Source: a virus. Taken from it: a stretch of 64,000 nucleotides of DNA. Below the pieces are notes generated by a model. That model was given only the letters and a program-made list of their open reading frames with translations. It made no database searches and was not told where the DNA came from. Below are positions 62,901 through 64,000 of the stretch, piece by piece (position 1 is the stretch's first letter; each line of letters opens with the position of its first letter). The translations under genes were made by a program, and so were the position numbers. Location of the stretch: positions 1 to 64,000 of the IMG/VR virus record IMGVR_UViG_3300038701_001599; one strand, 5' to 3'.

Positions 62901-64000
62901 AGTATTAAGAGGAGCATTAATATCTTCTGGAAATTCAGTAGTATGTCTCCAAGTAACTGTTATGTTATTTGCTACTTTTTGGTATTTAGAGTAATCTCTA
63001 ATGTCTTCTTTTACATTAGCCCTAACTAATCTATTTTGTACTTGCTCCATAATTTCAGTAGAAAAGTACTTTTGCTTAGGAACTTTATATTTAGTAGCGT
63101 CGTCTAAAGTAGCGTTATTTAAATTAGTAAACTCATATTCAATAACACTATCTGAAATAGGAATAAAGTCTTCTAATTTATATGCAGTCTCTAACGTACT
63201 ATTATCACTTCCTCTATAAAAAACTATAAGTCTTGCAAAAGAAAAAGAAGTATCAAGATTAGTAAATTGTAAAGAAAAAGACTTGTTAGTAATTTCAATT
63301 CCTCCCGCATCAGAATTAAATTGTGGGGCTGGAAGATTGCCTCTTATACTAGAATAAGTATCAGAAGTATTATCATTATAGACTGGAACGTAATTAGTAA
63401 ATACTCCATAATCTATAGAATTTAAATTATTATCAAGTAATTCAATAGCAAAAGCATAACTTCCTACCTTAAGGTTTCCTCCACTATCATTTACACTATT
63501 TACTTTTACTTGTGGTATTTTAAACTCAGGAGTAAGTCTCATAAGATTACAGTCCCAATTACCAGAGTCGTCTTTAAAACTATCTAAATCATCTAAATCT
63601 AGAAATCTATCAGGATTTAATCCGTCATTAAAATAAATTATTCTATTACATCCTTCACGAACTCTGTATTCTCCTAAAATAGTATTCTTGGTACTAAACC
63701 CTAAACAAGTATTTGATACTAGCTCAGTAGCATTACAATAAGAATCTAATAATATAATTTTACTTTCTGTGTTATTAGTAGCAAAGATTACCTTCTCACC
63801 ATCTTCTAAATAAATAGAACCAATTATTTTATAACCTAAAGGTAATTCGTAACACAGCTCATTAGAAGGCTCACTTTGATAGTTATTAAAGTTTCCAGAA
63901 GTATCTTCTTTAATACTATTTAAAGCAAATCTAATAGTTTCTTTAGGTTGCTCTGAAGGATGTACATCTTTATTTAAACCTAATACAGGTTTATTTATTG
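59994..64000 (-). CDS. Large virion structural protein, 5'-truncated by the window edge (at least 1,335 codons in the window)
   Basis: The reading frame upstream of the track start (63542) stays open to nt 64000, with no stop and no ATG by manual translation. The true start therefore lies beyond the window. Confidence 0.65.
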   Translation of the reverse strand, partial: INKPVLGLNKDVHPSEQPKETIRFALNSIKEDTSGNFNNYQSEPSNELCYELPLGYKIIGSIYLEDGEKVIFATNNTESKIILLDSYCNATELVSNTCLGFSTKNTILGEYRVREGCNRIIYFNDGLNPDRFLDLDDLDSFKDDSGNWDCNLMRLTPEFKIPQVKVNSVNDSGGNLKVGSYAFAIELLDNNLNSIDYGVFTNYVPVYNDNTSDTYSSIRGNLPAPQFNSDAGGIEITNKSFSLQFTNLDTSFSFARLIVFYRGSDNSTLETAYKLEDFIPISDSVIEYEFTNLNNATLDDATKYKVPKQKYFSTEIMEQVQNRLVRANVKEDIRDYSKYQKVANNITVTWRHTTEFPEDINAPLNTKNPLNYINGNTFLADEVYALGIEYIFNDGTISPVFHIPGRPSDIFDTVDLEVGVNINPEDAAHLELNVGDKIPRWKYENTATGAISGNLGYYETNTNYPETLDCDNEPIYGELAGTPVRHHRIPCRRNRPITFKNSSGRTRVSKIGLEFDNIEYPDPNIVGHRFVSAKRTESDKTVLDYGFIVGYGIEGEEFFTFGGDSSISGSSFNGATSVDPELKFRGLISPKILSGELTNLDYIKVVSYQNVDDIVNSNIQDFDDFTTNGAQWNYNSNLSTLSTRYRVVNKNKLISPNSIFNGDFARTIKNQNFSNNILAVELNRGVFQEPGLNNNIANVIVSLKRNVTPFTNLFQLQYEPISDILTLSDSQITYQGKAFTNELDIYSIKRISSALGGNWLPELFGSNNVSVRYEYAKNIFVDSTVNFDLRVEGTGCNTVYNTNQELSVYTINKVAEFNGSNWRPRTNPCREYYRYNKDYSPFNTNVGIQLPFNFDYCDACLAHRPNRIIFSPQSFNEEISDFYRLNFVDDYIDLPYHRGKITGMKYKNNKLYVHTEQTTFILQPNPQFISTDQNTAYLNTGDFLSIPPYEIMQTDLGYGGLQNKLATSNSEYGYVWFDSLTGKVLSLTQGIDNLSNLGMLQWFKENSRLEINEFVKSLTGKPYLYNDSINDIDGVGISMVYDPRFERVIINKKDYTPKDKDITVVNNSTQVNSLEQNKLYFNTNTNQFVVNYNSSLRKVSLENSNFFHRRGWCISYSFKNKAFISFHSYLTDIMFNDETFYYTVKDNKIYKHLHKNSFSKYFDTQYPFIIEYVANDFSTDITKAVHYYATFTDNNYKVDNTNYNNLWAYNTNQSTGKLNLNLYNQQDNPYSQISNNTNTKYIVETDLNSKISNLWDYSTSNIIFSENPEELENELTLNGYIDKVPQNIDYSKSPYQAGELRDKFLIVRLYYYPNKDSEKVTHRLSNTMEMQSIR

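Noticed and set aside
38753-63219. Plus-strand and alternative-frame ORFs inside the giant minus-strand genes: 38753-38968, 39757-39951, 42827-43048, 45631-45873, 46988-47197, 53015-53239, 53304-53504, 53380-53577, 53616-54044, 54336-54560, 59231-59422, 63001-63219
   Set aside because: All are nested within uninterrupted 2-14 kb ORFs. Those at 53.0-54.6 kb mirror the K/E/A-rich low-complexity region of the giant protein, giving S/F/L-rich antisense frames with no start context or motif.

Overview
AT-rich (about 30% GC judged by eye, not computed), gene-dense dsDNA phage segment. It has no Shine-Dalgarno signals; leaders are A-rich, with a recurrent AAACCAATG start context. This fits a virulent phage of a Bacteroidota (Flavobacteriia-like) host with a crAss-like/podovirus layout.

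Plus strand, 0.2-37.6 kb:
- a GC-richer non-coding or doubtfully coding island
- three tRNAs (Leu-UAA, Arg-UCU, CAU) interspersed with unusually perfect RNA/DNA structures
- two GC-rich early-looking genes, each with its own terminator
- a SleB-like lysin cluster
- a family-A DNA polymerase split at motif A by a probable group I intron carrying a LAGLIDADG homing endonuclease
- a replication module: DnaB-like helicase, AAA_24 ATPase, TOPRIM primase and a variant UDG
- a nine-gene amidoligase / amidotransferase / gamma-glutamyl-recycling island of unknown product
- nucleases, a metallophosphoesterase, an Amidase_3 lysin, a dNMP kinase, a chain of micro-ORFs, a radical-SAM (SplB-like) enzyme, MazG and an Rnl2-type RNA ligase

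A 12-bp bidirectional terminator at 37.66 kb separates this from the minus-strand block.

Minus strand, 37.7-64 kb: five back-to-back giant ORFs with 1-4 nt spacers. One is a 4,593-aa polyvalent virion-cargo-type protein. It combines a YkuD L,D-transpeptidase-like domain, an HEXXH zincin, an ART-like motif and a beta-prime-type DFDID double-psi-barrel RNA polymerase motif. The last ORF runs off the window.

No rRNA, CRISPR array, integrase or transposase was seen. All domain calls come from motif recognition by eye and need profile searches to confirm.
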